Source of the DNA: Barnesiella sp.
GTDB lineage: Bacteria > Bacteroidota > Bacteroidia > Bacteroidales > Barnesiellaceae_A
Length of the DNA: 64,000 nucleotides
Direction: 5' to 3'
Assembly: GCA_045645425.1 (NCBI GenBank)
Contig: JAZRIS010000004.1
Coordinates: forward strand, 103,445-167,444
Shown here: piece after piece, positions 51,238 to 60,644 of the stretch
Layout of the letters: each line of letters begins with the position of its first letter
How positions within the stretch are numbered: position 1 is the first letter of the stretch
Notes under the pieces: model-generated
What the model saw: the letters and a program-made list of their open reading frames with translations, nothing else
Told to the model about the DNA's origin: nothing
Databases searched by the model: none
Program-made: the position numbers and the translations under genes

Positions 51238-52887
51238 CTATTCATCACCGAGTTGGCATTGCAATGATAGGCATTTCCACAACAAAGCCATATCGACCGG
51301 CTTGTTGTTACAAAAATTATTGCTCATGCGCCTAAGTTGCTTGACATCAAACAGCTCGCGCACCTCTCCCATCGACAATGCTTCTATATTATATGCTATC
51401 CACTCTTTGAGGCTTTGACTCATCCATTGTGGGTATAGAGGCTCTTTTTCTACCGGCTCTATTGGTTTGCGACTTGGTGGCATATAATGGGCAACAAACT
51501 CTTTTCTATTCTGCCGGCTCACCAATGGCAAGGCAAACGAGAGTGCTACCAAATGCCCACCCAGAAAGGGCAGACGCACACTCACTCCGGCTTCGGCCGA
51601 CGAGCGGTCATAGACCCGGAGTATATGAGGAAGGCGTTCTTGCGACAGCTCACAATATCTGTTCCTATCCTCTTCGTTTACAAAATCACTACCATACGCA
51701 GGCTTGGCGGCATAGAGTGCAACAAGGGGCGAGAAAAGTTTGTGCGGATAGAGATAGCTACAATTTCGCCCACTGTTATCCCACACATCTTGCCACATAA
51801 CATCCAGCCCCACCCCACTGCACACTACCTTCATCCCTTGGCGTCGTGCATGGCGAAAGAGCCGGGTGCGCACTATCGTTTCACATCCGTCAAAGGGCTC
51901 TTCTGCCCAGCTCTTCATTCGTTGCAATTCCTCTACTACATGCGATGGCGCGACCCATATTGGCAACACGTCACTCTGCTCAACTATCTCCTCTGATGTG
52001 TCGGCAAAGGTGCGCATTTTACCACTCTGATGTCCATGCTGCGCTATGTTATGCAATATCTGCAACTCGGCTCTACGGCCTATGCGAAAACCACACACCG
52101 ACACATCGCTCATACACCGGCTCACACAGGTGCGCAATTCTTGCTCAAGCATGGTGCGCAATGCCGTTTCGTCGTGCAACAATACCAACCGCTCGATTTC
52201 CTCTTTGATATCATACCAACTGCTCTCACTCAACGAATAGCCATTGTATCGCATAAGACTACCGGCCGGCAACTGCGATACACTTTCCCAAAATGTACTA
52301 TACGAAGGTCCGTAGGTGCCATATAGCATATATGCAGCCCAGCGTTCTACCGAAATTCGCCTGTTGAGTCCGGCCGAAAAAAGTGACTTGATTTCCGAGC
52401 CGAAATATAGATTGCCTCTGCATGTGGTATAGTAAAACGGCTTTACACCATACCTGTCGCGCGCCATCAACAACACATCCGCACGACGGTCATACAATGC
52501 TATTGCAAAGACTCCGTTGATGCGTGCAAAGCACCCCTCTCCCCATCGGCGATAGGCCTTGGAGAGCACTTCCACAGAGCTGTCGGTAACAAACGTATAG
52601 TGGGCTTGCAATTCTTCACGCAACTCTGCATAGTTATAGATGTCGCCATCTACTGCCACTACCACTTGCTCTTCTTCATCCACATATGGCTGCCGCACGT
52701 CTTCTTCTGTTTCGCTCACCATCCGGCCACAATGCGCCATACCTATGCGTGACTCTACAAATGACGATACCCAAAATCCGCTACCACAATCACCCCTGTG
52801 TCGCAAACTGCGCAACATATCGGCCAAGCGATACTCTAGCTCATACACATCTCCTACGATGCCCACTATTCCACTCATACCACACAC
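51238..52887 (-). CDS. asparagine synthase (AsnB)-family paralogue with a degenerate PP-loop; function unknown
   Basis: The N-terminal class-II glutamine amidotransferase fold begins MCGMSG (Cys2 retained) and includes ...DRYGVKPFYY. The C-terminal synthetase-like domain aligns by eye to AsnB (VVCSGVGLD, RVYDRSSAEAGVSVRLPFL). The SGGxDS ATP-pyrophosphatase loop reads IGRRAE instead. Confidence 0.7.
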   Translation of the reverse strand: MCGMSGIVGIVGDVYELEYRLADMLRSLRHRGDCGSGFWVSSFVESRIGMAHCGRMVSETEEDVRQPYVDEEEQVVVAVDGDIYNYAELREELQAHYTFVTDSSVEVLSKAYRRWGEGCFARINGVFAIALYDRRADVLLMARDRYGVKPFYYTTCRGNLYFGSEIKSLFSAGLNRRISVERWAAYMLYGTYGPSYSTFWESVSQLPAGSLMRYNGYSLSESSWYDIKEEIERLVLLHDETALRTMLEQELRTCVSRCMSDVSVCGFRIGRRAELQILHNIAQHGHQSGKMRTFADTSEEIVEQSDVLPIWVAPSHVVEELQRMKSWAEEPFDGCETIVRTRLFRHARRQGMKVVCSGVGLDVMWQDVWDNSGRNCSYLYPHKLFSPLVALYAAKPAYGSDFVNEEDRNRYCELSQERLPHILRVYDRSSAEAGVSVRLPFLGGHLVALSFALPLVSRQNRKEFVAHYMPPSRKPIEPVEKEPLYPQWMSQSLKEWIAYNIEALSMGEVRELFDVKQLRRMSNNFCNNKPVDMALLWKCLSLQCQLGDE

Positions 52888-53090
52888 ACTTTGAGGAGCT
52901 TGTATTATTTATATCAAAAACATTTACAGAAAAACAGACACAAAAGCAGGTGTTTTACCCTACTTTTCACTACCTTTACAGCCATCTTATGCGACAATAA
53001 AAAGAACAAGCTCGCATAAAAATGGTTTAACTCCGATGTATGTGTACGAGCCAAGACCTCTCACATGCCTCTCAACAACACGCTGCTATT

Positions 53091-54254
53091 ATGAACTATA
53101 TCCTTTTTGACACGGCTCAAGAACATGGCAATCTGTTGCCTATAACTTTTACCCGCCCCATTGCCGATATTCGCGTGGGCATCGACACTTTGCGTTCTAA
53201 ATGGGAGGCGTTGCTCCCGGGCAACTATTCTTACCTGACCGAGAGCTACCTCTCTGAGAAATACCCCACACATCTTGCCGACGACAATATTTTCATTGCC
53301 GGACACCTGCTTGCCACACCGGCTTTAGCGGCTCAAATTGCAACTTTGGTGCAAGGCGAAGCGATTGCCGACGACAACGAAATATGGGCATATAGAGGTG
53401 CCGAGTTTATCCCCGCATCTACTCAACCGGCTCGCATGGTGGCTCCTTGCGAAGAGCCCGATGCCATCCGCTTTGCCTACGACATTTTTGCCAAAAACGG
53501 CAAGGAACTGCTTGCCGACTTTACCCGCATCACCAAGGGACGCACATCGGCTCCGCTTAGCGACACTTGCACACTCATAGGCGATGCCTCTCTGCTGTTT
53601 ATCGAGGAGGGAGCGGTTGTAGAGTGCGCTACACTCAACACCAAGAATGGCCCCATATACATCGGCAAGGATGCCGAAATCATGGAAACTTGTGCCGTGC
53701 GTGGCCCATTGGCTTTATGCGAACACGCAGTTCTCAATATGGGCACCAAAGTTTATGGCCCTACCACCTTGGGTCCCTATTGCAAATGTGGCGGAGAACT
53801 CAACAATGTTGTTTTCATAGGCTACTCCAACAAGGCTCATGATGGATTTTTGGGCAATGCCGTGATTGGCGAATGGTGCAATTTGGGTGCCGACACCGTT
53901 GCTTCCAATCTCAAAAACACCTATGCCGAGGTGCGCCTGTGGAACTACCCATCGGCATCGTTCCGCAAGACAGGTTTGCAATTCTGCGGCCCCATCATGG
54001 GCGACCACAGCAAGGCCGGTATCAACACCATGTTCAACACGGCTACCGTTGTGGGTGTAGGTTGCAATATATATGGAGCGGGATTTCCTCGCACCTTCAT
54101 CCCCTCCTTCAGCGAAGGTGGCGCACAAGGCATGACCGAAGTCGGTCTTACTCGCTTCTTCGACATTGCCGAGCGAGTAATGGCTCGCCGTCACAAAACA
54201 CTCTCGCAAGCCGACCGCAACCTTTATACCTACTTGTTTGAACACAAAAATTAA
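53091..54254 (+). CDS. GlmU-like putative sugar nucleotidyltransferase / left-handed beta-helix (hexapeptide repeat) protein
   Basis: ORF 53040..54254. The start is set at MNYILFDTAQEHGNLLPITFTRPIADIRVG. The C-terminal half has hexapeptide-repeat periodicity (IGKDAEI, VLNMGTKV, VIGEWCNLGADTV, IMGDHSKAGINTMF). Confidence 0.7.
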   Translation: MNYILFDTAQEHGNLLPITFTRPIADIRVGIDTLRSKWEALLPGNYSYLTESYLSEKYPTHLADDNIFIAGHLLATPALAAQIATLVQGEAIADDNEIWAYRGAEFIPASTQPARMVAPCEEPDAIRFAYDIFAKNGKELLADFTRITKGRTSAPLSDTCTLIGDASLLFIEEGAVVECATLNTKNGPIYIGKDAEIMETCAVRGPLALCEHAVLNMGTKVYGPTTLGPYCKCGGELNNVVFIGYSNKAHDGFLGNAVIGEWCNLGADTVASNLKNTYAEVRLWNYPSASFRKTGLQFCGPIMGDHSKAGINTMFNTATVVGVGCNIYGAGFPRTFIPSFSEGGAQGMTEVGLTRFFDIAERVMARRHKTLSQADRNLYTYLFEHKN

Positions 54255-54277
54255 ACCAATAACACATCCCTAAACAC

Positions 54278-54314
54278 AGAGAGGTCGCACCCATCAAAAC
54301 GGTGCGACCTCTCT
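54278..54314 (+). terminator. 14-bp perfect hairpin 24 nt after the GlmU-like stop
   Basis: AGAGAGGTCGCACC (54278-54291) pairs with GGTGCGACCTCTCT (54301-54314) around a 9-nt loop. There is no U-tract. Confidence 0.5.
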
Positions 54315-54339
54315 TGCTTAACTCGCAGGGGCAGAAAAG

Positions 54340-54720
54340 ATTACCTTGTAGCATGTACCTCGTGGTGTTGAGGTAACCATATCCTCCTCTGTGTTTTGCC
54401 GTGGCAAAATATAGGGGAGGTGGCTGTCAAGCCGGAGGGGTTGAAAGAAATATCGGGGTTGAAAAATCTCGACTGAAAGTCGTGTCGCAATGCCCCTTGA
54501 GGGTATGCGAATGAGTAGCCCCGTACAAGACGGAGCGTGAGCGACAGCGCAGTGCGGGGTGTCCGTCGCCTCTACCTTCCACCCGCCACCGCACACAGCG
54601 TGCGGTGGCGGGTAATATAATATTGAAATCTTATCCCCGCACTTCGCCACTATCGTGGCTTGTACGGGGCTACTGTATCTCGTCGCTACCGCTCCTCGAC
54701 CCGTGTTTCACACGTTTTTA
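54340..54720. other. ~380-nt GC-rich, densely self-complementary non-coding element (unidentified structured RNA or DNA switch)
   Basis: A perfect 16-bp inverted repeat (54514-54529 / 54659-54674) encloses a 9-bp helix (54551-54559 / 54635-54643) and a 14-bp hairpin (54581-54594 / 54600-54613). The upstream half has tandem GGGGTTGAAA motifs and small hairpins. A possible small terminator (CGTGT-TTC-ACACG + TTTTT) sits at 54702-54719. No convincing ORF. Confidence 0.4.
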
Positions 54721-54899
54721 ACGCCAAGGGAGAGGTGGAGAAAGAAAATATGTTAAAATTCACAAACGACATCGCCAAGATTAATAGATTTGTTGTTATT
54801 TTGCACCAAATTTGGAGTAAAAGTACACCTATCCAACCGATAGGTGTGTAAACAATAACGACAAGCTATTGTTGAGGAATTATCGCCCACAAGTTATAT

Positions 54900-55787
54900 A
54901 TGACAACAACCCGCATTGACAGTTGCCCGATATGTAATGGCAAGCACCTTATACACAAGTTATCGCCCACCGATAGCGTGAGTAAGAGGCAATATGACAT
55001 ACTGCAATGTGCCGATTGCGGATTGCACATTACTCAACATGCCCCTCGCATGCAGGAAATGAGCGATTTTTATCCCGATAGCGAGTCGGATTGCTACAAG
55101 CCCGCACAAGGAACTTGCGATAAATGGTACGAACTCTTGCTGAACAGATGGTATAAAAAACAGGCAAAAACAGTGTGCGAAGAGGCCGAGCGATATAGTG
55201 GAGTATTGCTTGAGATGGGATGCAAGGAGGGATACTTTGCCCACACCATTCGCAGCAACGGATGGATAGCTCATGCGGTAGAGCATGATGCCACAGCTCG
55301 CGAGTATGGCAACAAGCGTTTTATGTTGCAGATTGAAGACGGCCGACAGTTTTTCAACATCAAGCCACGGTCGTACAATGTAGCAGTAGCATGGGACACG
55401 CTGGGCGAGGCCACCGACATGCACCGCACCATAGAAAAGTTGTCGCAACTCATTGTCAGTGACGGAACACTCATCATAGCCTTTCACAACGCCATGTGCG
55501 ACGATGCCACACACTACGGCGCATCGTGGAGCGGATGGAATGTGCCACGCAAACGCTGGCATCTTACCCCTCAATCGTTTGAGCAACTCATAGCCCGGTA
55601 CGACCTTGAGATAACCAATCGCCGACATGCCACACAGCGAGCCATCATCACCGCCTTGACAAGCGAATGGCAACAGAACGGAAAGAAAGGAGTTGTGATG
55701 CCGACATTGCGCAGCTGGGCAAGAGCTATGAAAAATAAAACAAATGACACATATTATATATACACACTCAAACACAAGCAACAATGA
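54900..55787 (+). CDS. class I SAM-dependent methyltransferase with an N-terminal Cys4 zinc ribbon
   Basis: CPICNGKH...CADCGL zinc ribbon. Motif I-like VLLEMGCKEGYF. 295 aa. Confidence 0.7.
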   Translation: MTTTRIDSCPICNGKHLIHKLSPTDSVSKRQYDILQCADCGLHITQHAPRMQEMSDFYPDSESDCYKPAQGTCDKWYELLLNRWYKKQAKTVCEEAERYSGVLLEMGCKEGYFAHTIRSNGWIAHAVEHDATAREYGNKRFMLQIEDGRQFFNIKPRSYNVAVAWDTLGEATDMHRTIEKLSQLIVSDGTLIIAFHNAMCDDATHYGASWSGWNVPRKRWHLTPQSFEQLIARYDLEITNRRHATQRAIITALTSEWQQNGKKGVVMPTLRSWARAMKNKTNDTYYIYTLKHKQQ

Positions 55788-56662
55788 GTATGCCTAAAAA
55801 GAAGAAAAGATTTACCTTTATAGAAGCACGCATCACCTCGACGTTGAGTGTGTCGTTAGTATTGTTTATACTCGGCATCATGGCTATGCTGGGCATATTG
55901 GCCAACAATCTATCGGTATATGTGCGCGAAAACATCGGTTTCTCTATCGTACTGAAAGAGACAGCAACCGAGAGCAATGTGGCACAGTTGCAAGCCGTAC
56001 TTGCCAATGCCGAGTATGTCAAAGCCGCACAATACATATCGAAAGAGGAGGCCTTGCAAGAGGTCATTCTCGAACTTGGCGAAAACCCCGAAGAGATAAT
56101 AGGCGTAAACCCCATGCAAGCCTCTATCGAGGTGCGCCTCAAAGCCGACTATGCCCACCCCGACAGTATTGTCGATATAAACAGCAGCTTGAGCAAGTAT
56201 AAATATGTAGAGGATATATACTTCCAAAAAGACCTCATCAAGTCGGTCAATGACAACATGCGCACGATTGGATTTATACTCTTTGCCTTGGCAATGGTAT
56301 TGATGATAATATCGTATGTACTCATCAGCAACACCATCCGACTCACAGCCTATAGCCGGCGCTTTATCATATACACCATGAAATTGGTGGGAGCCACACC
56401 GGGATTTATACGCCGACCATTTATACTCTCAAACATCCTATGCGGTGTCATTGCCGCCGTCATAGCCATTATACTGCTCACAGCCTGTATGTCGTATGTG
56501 GTGAGCGAGTTTGACAACTTCTACGCCTTGCTCAGCACCCGCATGATGCTCATTGTGTATGGCATTGTCTTGCTATTGGGCATACTGCTCACCGCCATCT
56601 CGTCGTTCTTTGCCGTCAATCGCTACATAGGCATGAAGCGTGATGACCTATATTATGTATAA
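55784..56662 (+). CDS. ftsX: cell-division protein FtsX-like permease
   Basis: 292 aa. Cytoplasmic N-terminus, TM1, a periplasmic alpha/beta domain, then three C-terminal TM helices. The ATGA start overlaps the upstream stop. Confidence 0.8.
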   Translation: MSMPKKKKRFTFIEARITSTLSVSLVLFILGIMAMLGILANNLSVYVRENIGFSIVLKETATESNVAQLQAVLANAEYVKAAQYISKEEALQEVILELGENPEEIIGVNPMQASIEVRLKADYAHPDSIVDINSSLSKYKYVEDIYFQKDLIKSVNDNMRTIGFILFALAMVLMIISYVLISNTIRLTAYSRRFIIYTMKLVGATPGFIRRPFILSNILCGVIAAVIAIILLTACMSYVVSEFDNFYALLSTRMMLIVYGIVLLLGILLTAISSFFAVNRYIGMKRDDLYYV

Positions 56663-56684
56663 ACAATAAACTGCAAAATAAAAT

Positions 56685-56954
56685 ATGGAGAAGAAAAATA
56701 TCACAACAACCGAAGAGGTTGTAGAGAAAAGCACTCCCAAGGAGTATGCATTGGGAAAGAAAAACTATCTGTTTATAGCCCTGTCATTTATACTCATCGT
56801 TGTAGGATTTGTATTAATGATGGGTAGTGGCTCGACCGATGAGGCCTATAATCCCGACATTTTCAGTACACGTCGCATCGTTATCGCACCCACCATTACA
56901 TTTATAGGATTTGTGTGCATGATTGTAGCCATACTACTCAAACCCAAACAATAA
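56685..56954 (+). CDS. small two-TM membrane protein (DUF3098-like, commonly found next to ftsX in Bacteroidota)
   Basis: 89 aa with two hydrophobic helices (YLFIALSFILIVVGFVLMM and IAPTITFIGFVCMIVAILL). Confidence 0.6.
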   Translation: MEKKNITTTEEVVEKSTPKEYALGKKNYLFIALSFILIVVGFVLMMGSGSTDEAYNPDIFSTRRIVIAPTITFIGFVCMIVAILLKPKQ

Positions 56955-56977
56955 CAACATAAAAAAATTCATAACAC

Positions 56978-57778
56978 ATGAGTTGGATAGAAGCACTTAT
57001 ATTGGGACTTGTGCAAGGCCTCACCGAATATCTACCTGTGAGCAGCAGTGGCCACTTGACAATAGGTTCGGCACTATTTGGTATAGAAGGAGAAGAAAAC
57101 TTGGCCTTCACCATTACCGTACACGTTGCAACCGTATTCAGCACCCTCTTCATCTTATGGAAAGAGGTAAGTTGGTTGTTTAAAGGATTCTTCAAATTCC
57201 AGATGAATGACGAAACACGCTACATGTTCAACATCATCATATCTATGATACCGGTGGGCATAGTAGGCGTTTTCTTCAAAGATCAAGTAGAAGCCATATT
57301 TGGCTCGGGACTCACCATTGTAGGTTGCATGCTATTGCTCACTGCAGCATTGTTGGCATTTGCCTACTACGCCAAGCCCCGCCAAAAAGAAAAAATATCG
57401 CTCCTCGACGCCTTCATTATCGGCTTGGCACAAGCATGTGCCGTGATGCCGGGTTTGTCGCGCTCGGGCAGCACCATAGCCACCGGATTGTTGTTGGGCA
57501 ACAAGAAGGAGAACTTGGCACAATTCTCATTCCTCATGGTCATTCCCCCCATCTTGGGCGAGGCCCTGCTCGACATCATCAAGATGCTCAATGGAGAAAA
57601 CATTGTCGGTGACATACCCATGACATCGCTCATTGTAGGCTTCCTTGCCGCATTTGTATCGGGTAGTCTTGCCTGCAAATGGATGATAAACATTGTAAAG
57701 AAAGGCAAACTCATATACTTTGCCATCTATTGCGTAGTGGCAGCCCTGTTCTGCCTAATATATGCACATTACGCATAA
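56978..57778 (+). CDS. uppP: undecaprenyl-diphosphate phosphatase
   Basis: [27 protein letters not shown] and [10 protein letters not shown] motifs. Confidence 0.93.
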   Translation: MSWIEALILGLVQGLTEYLPVSSSGHLTIGSALFGIEGEENLAFTITVHVATVFSTLFILWKEVSWLFKGFFKFQMNDETRYMFNIIISMIPVGIVGVFFKDQVEAIFGSGLTIVGCMLLLTAALLAFAYYAKPRQKEKISLLDAFIIGLAQACAVMPGLSRSGSTIATGLLLGNKKENLAQFSFLMVIPPILGEALLDIIKMLNGENIVGDIPMTSLIVGFLAAFVSGSLACKWMINIVKKGKLIYFAIYCVVAALFCLIYAHYA

Positions 57779-57794
57779 AAACACCCTTGAGCCT

Positions 57795-58526
57795 ATGAAC
57801 TTTACCGAAGGTGAAATATTTTATATAAACAAGCCCTTGCGTTGGACATCGTTCGATGCCGTGAAACGCATAAGGATAGGTATCCTACGACGCTTGCAAC
57901 GCAAGAAAATCAAGGTAGGTCATGCCGGTACTCTCGACCCGCTAGCCACCGGAGTAATGATTGTGTGCACAGGAAAGGCCACCAAGCAGATAGACTATCT
58001 GCAAGCTCAAACCAAAGAGTATATAGCAACCCTGCAAATGGGAGCCACCACACCATCGTACGACTTGGAAACAGAGATAGATGCCACCTATCCGCACGAA
58101 CACATCACACGCGAGCTCATAGAAAATACGCTCCCCCAATTTACCGGCCACATACAACAGGTGCCTCCGGCATACTCGGCATGCAAGGTAAACGGTACAC
58201 GCGCATACAAAATGGCACGCAAAGGCAAAGAGGTAGAGCTCAAAGCCAAGGAACTCGTCATAGACGAGATAGAGCTACTCGACTACACAGCACCCGTAGC
58301 CCGAATAAGAGTTGTGTGCAGCAAAGGCACCTACATACGAGCCTTGGCACGCGACATTGGTCAGGCCCTCGGTAGCGGTGCGCATCTGATAGCCTTGGAA
58401 CGCACCAGAGTGGGCAACGTGCGCTTGGAAGACTGCCTCAACATCGACGCCATCGATGCCCTGCTGCAAGTAGCCGTTGTGGAAGACGAAGATGCCATTA
58501 TAGAAGAAAATAATAACATAAGATAA
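57795..58526 (+). CDS. truB: tRNA pseudouridine(55) synthase
   Basis: ORF 57762..58526. The likely start is [23 protein letters not shown]. The catalytic Asp context is [12 protein letters not shown]. Confidence 0.92.
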   Translation: MNFTEGEIFYINKPLRWTSFDAVKRIRIGILRRLQRKKIKVGHAGTLDPLATGVMIVCTGKATKQIDYLQAQTKEYIATLQMGATTPSYDLETEIDATYPHEHITRELIENTLPQFTGHIQQVPPAYSACKVNGTRAYKMARKGKEVELKAKELVIDEIELLDYTAPVARIRVVCSKGTYIRALARDIGQALGSGAHLIALERTRVGNVRLEDCLNIDAIDALLQVAVVEDEDAIIEENNNIR

Positions 58527-58537
58527 AGATACACGAA

Positions 58538-59587
58538 ATGAAACTTTCGCAATTCAAGTTTAAGCTACCGGAGGAGCAAATAGCACTCCATCCGGCCAAA
58601 AACCGTGACGAATCACGCTTGATGGTTATCAACCGCAAAACCGGGGAGATAGAACATCATATCTTTAAAGAAATCATCAACTACTATGACGATAAAGACC
58701 TCTTTGTCTTTAACGACACACGCGTATTTCCGGCACGACTTATAGGAAACAAAGAGAAAACAGGAGCCAAAATAGAAGTATTCCTACTGCGAGAACTCAA
58801 CGAAGAAAATCGTCTGTGGGACGTATTGGTAGAACCTGCTCGCAAAATACGCATCGGCAACAAACTCTACTTTGGCGAAGACGACTCGATGGTAGCCGAG
58901 GTTATCGACAACACAACCTCGCGTGGTCGCACATTGCGTTTCCTTTATGATGGTCCACACGACGAGTTTAAGCAAGCACTATATCAACTCGGCGAGACAC
59001 CCCTACCCATGTACATCAGACGCGAAGTAGAGCCCGAAGATGCCGAACGTTACCAATGTATATTTGCACGCAACGAGGGAGCCGTGGTAACTCCCGCCGC
59101 AGGCTTGCACTTCAGCCGCGAGCTCTTCAAGCGCATGGAAATCAAAGGCATTGAGAGCGGGTTTGTCACCCTGCACTCGGGCTTGGGCAACTTCCGCGAA
59201 ATAGACGTTGAAGACCTCACCAAGCACAAGATGGACTCGGAACAACTCATTGTCACACCCGAATTGGTTACACAACTCAACACCACCAAAGACGAGGGTC
59301 ACAAAGTATGTGCCATAGGAACATCGGTATTGCGCGCCCTCGAAACAGCCGTCAGCACCAACGGTCACATCAAATCGTACAACGGATGGACCAATAAATT
59401 TATATTCCCTCCCTACGACTTTACCGTTGCCAACAGTCTTGTATCCAATTTCCACATGCCCTACTCTACCATGCTCATGATGGTAGCCGCATTTGGAGGT
59501 TACGAAATTATTTTCGAGGCATACAACACAGCCATCAAAGAGGGTTACCGATTTGGAGCATACGGCGATGCCATGCTCATCATTTGA
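58538..59587 (+). CDS. queA: S-adenosylmethionine:tRNA ribosyltransferase-isomerase
   Basis: [30 protein letters not shown]... and ...[11 protein letters not shown]..., 349 aa. Confidence 0.93.
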   Translation: MKLSQFKFKLPEEQIALHPAKNRDESRLMVINRKTGEIEHHIFKEIINYYDDKDLFVFNDTRVFPARLIGNKEKTGAKIEVFLLRELNEENRLWDVLVEPARKIRIGNKLYFGEDDSMVAEVIDNTTSRGRTLRFLYDGPHDEFKQALYQLGETPLPMYIRREVEPEDAERYQCIFARNEGAVVTPAAGLHFSRELFKRMEIKGIESGFVTLHSGLGNFREIDVEDLTKHKMDSEQLIVTPELVTQLNTTKDEGHKVCAIGTSVLRALETAVSTNGHIKSYNGWTNKFIFPPYDFTVANSLVSNFHMPYSTMLMMVAAFGGYEIIFEAYNTAIKEGYRFGAYGDAMLII

Positions 59588-59781
59588 CAATAAGCGACAG
59601 ACTCATACAACACAACAAGGGGCAGCCTGACACAGACTGTCCCTTGCGTTATTGTCACATCAGGCATACGAGTATCACAACACAACCTCACGCATCATTC
59701 ATCACACCAGAGAAGTTGCAAATACTTAACACATTAACATAATTTACAGCCTATTTAACCATCAATTAGCATGGCAAGCTA

Positions 59782-59789
59782 TATCTTTG
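59782..59789 (+). promoter_or_regulatory. -7 box TATCTTTG for the Zn-peptidase gene
   Basis: Exact TAnnTTTG, 26 nt upstream of the ATG at 59815. Confidence 0.5.
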
Positions 59790-59814
59790 CCGATGAATTA
59801 AAAACTACACATAT

Positions 59815-60492
59815 ATGATATATATTATTTTTATCGCATTTGCTATCCTCAGCTATATCGTACAACACATGCTGAAGAGTCGCTTTGAGAAGTATTCGCA
59901 AGTACCCATGCCATACGGACTCACCGGCAAAGATATTGCCGAACGTATGCTTCGTGAAAATGGCATTACACATGTCACCGTCACACATACACCCGGCACA
60001 CTCACCGACCACTACAACCCTCAAACACATACTATCAACTTGAGTGATGCTGTATATAACAGTTGCAGTATAGCCGCAGCAGCAGTAGCGGCACACGAGA
60101 CAGGACATGCCCTACAACATGCCACCAGCTATGCACCGTTGAACATGCGCTCCTCGCTGGTGCCGGTGGTAAGTTTTGCATCTAATTGGATGCAATGGGT
60201 GTTGCTCATAGGTATCTTCACAATCGAGAGCTTCCCCCAAATTATGCTTGCCGGTATTATTCTCTTTGGTATAACAACACTTTTCAGCTTCATCACCCTA
60301 CCCGTAGAGATAAATGCCAGCCAACGCGCACTTGCATGGCTCAATACCGCCGGAGTTACCAATACACAGACACACCCCATGGCAAAGGATGCTCTTAAAT
60401 GGGCCGCCTACACCTATGTGGTAGCAGCCCTCAGCTCTTTGGCTACATTAGTATATTATATACTTATGTTCATGGGTCGCAGCGACGATTGA
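59815..60492 (+). CDS. membrane zinc metallopeptidase (YugP/Zn_peptidase_2-like)
   Basis: HETGHALQH (HExxH) lies between an N-terminal TM helix and C-terminal TM helices. 225 aa. Confidence 0.8.
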   Translation: MIYIIFIAFAILSYIVQHMLKSRFEKYSQVPMPYGLTGKDIAERMLRENGITHVTVTHTPGTLTDHYNPQTHTINLSDAVYNSCSIAAAAVAAHETGHALQHATSYAPLNMRSSLVPVVSFASNWMQWVLLIGIFTIESFPQIMLAGIILFGITTLFSFITLPVEINASQRALAWLNTAGVTNTQTHPMAKDALKWAAYTYVVAALSSLATLVYYILMFMGRSDD

Positions 60493-60606
60493 TGCCTCTT
60501 GTTTTCAATATATATCAAACCTGCCGACAGGCAGGTTTGATGTTTTATACACAAAAGAGCTAAACATAATAGGTGCAACAATATTGATAATACACTCTAA
60601 TTGTAT

Positions 60607-60614
60607 TATCTTTG
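60607..60614 (+). promoter_or_regulatory. -7 box TATCTTTG for hisS
   Basis: Exact TAnnTTTG. It overlaps the TTG start of the tracked ORF (60612), which favours the ATG at 60645. Confidence 0.5.
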
Positions 60615-60644
60615 CGTTGCAAAATTTCATTAATTCACAACGAT

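Noticed and set aside
54437-54465. Possible CRISPR-like repeat (GGGGTTGAAA twice)
   Set aside because: There are only two 11-nt copies with an 18-nt period. Repeats of CRISPR length, spacers and cas genes are all absent.
54318-54650. 110-aa minus-strand ORF (and the 63-aa + ORF at 54660..54851) in the structured intergenic region
   Set aside because: The composition (Pro/Cys/His/Gly runs) and the perfect nested inverted repeats indicate the open frames are a by-product of GC-rich palindromic sequence. No start-site context is present.
54514-54674. Retron msr/msd interpretation of the a1/a2-like inverted repeat
   Set aside because: No reverse transcriptase ORF lies on either side; the neighbours are a GlmU-like gene and a methyltransferase. 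I keep it only as a remote alternative in the finding.
54340-54720. RNase P RNA, tmRNA, SRP RNA, cobalamin/SAM/TPP riboswitch
   Set aside because: The hallmark motifs are not present on either strand: GAGGAAAGUCCGG for RNase P, a tRNA-like GGUUCGAAUCC...CCA 3' end for tmRNA, GGAAGCAGCC for SRP, and the B12 box or other riboswitch cores. The only resemblance is a GAAAGTC heptamer.
54960-55784. 274-aa minus-strand ORF
   Set aside because: It is antisense to the methyltransferase, which has the Zn ribbon and SAM-binding motif. The translation is Cys/His-rich noise.
59003-59590. 195-aa minus-strand ORF
   Set aside because: It is antisense to queA and has no recognisable features.
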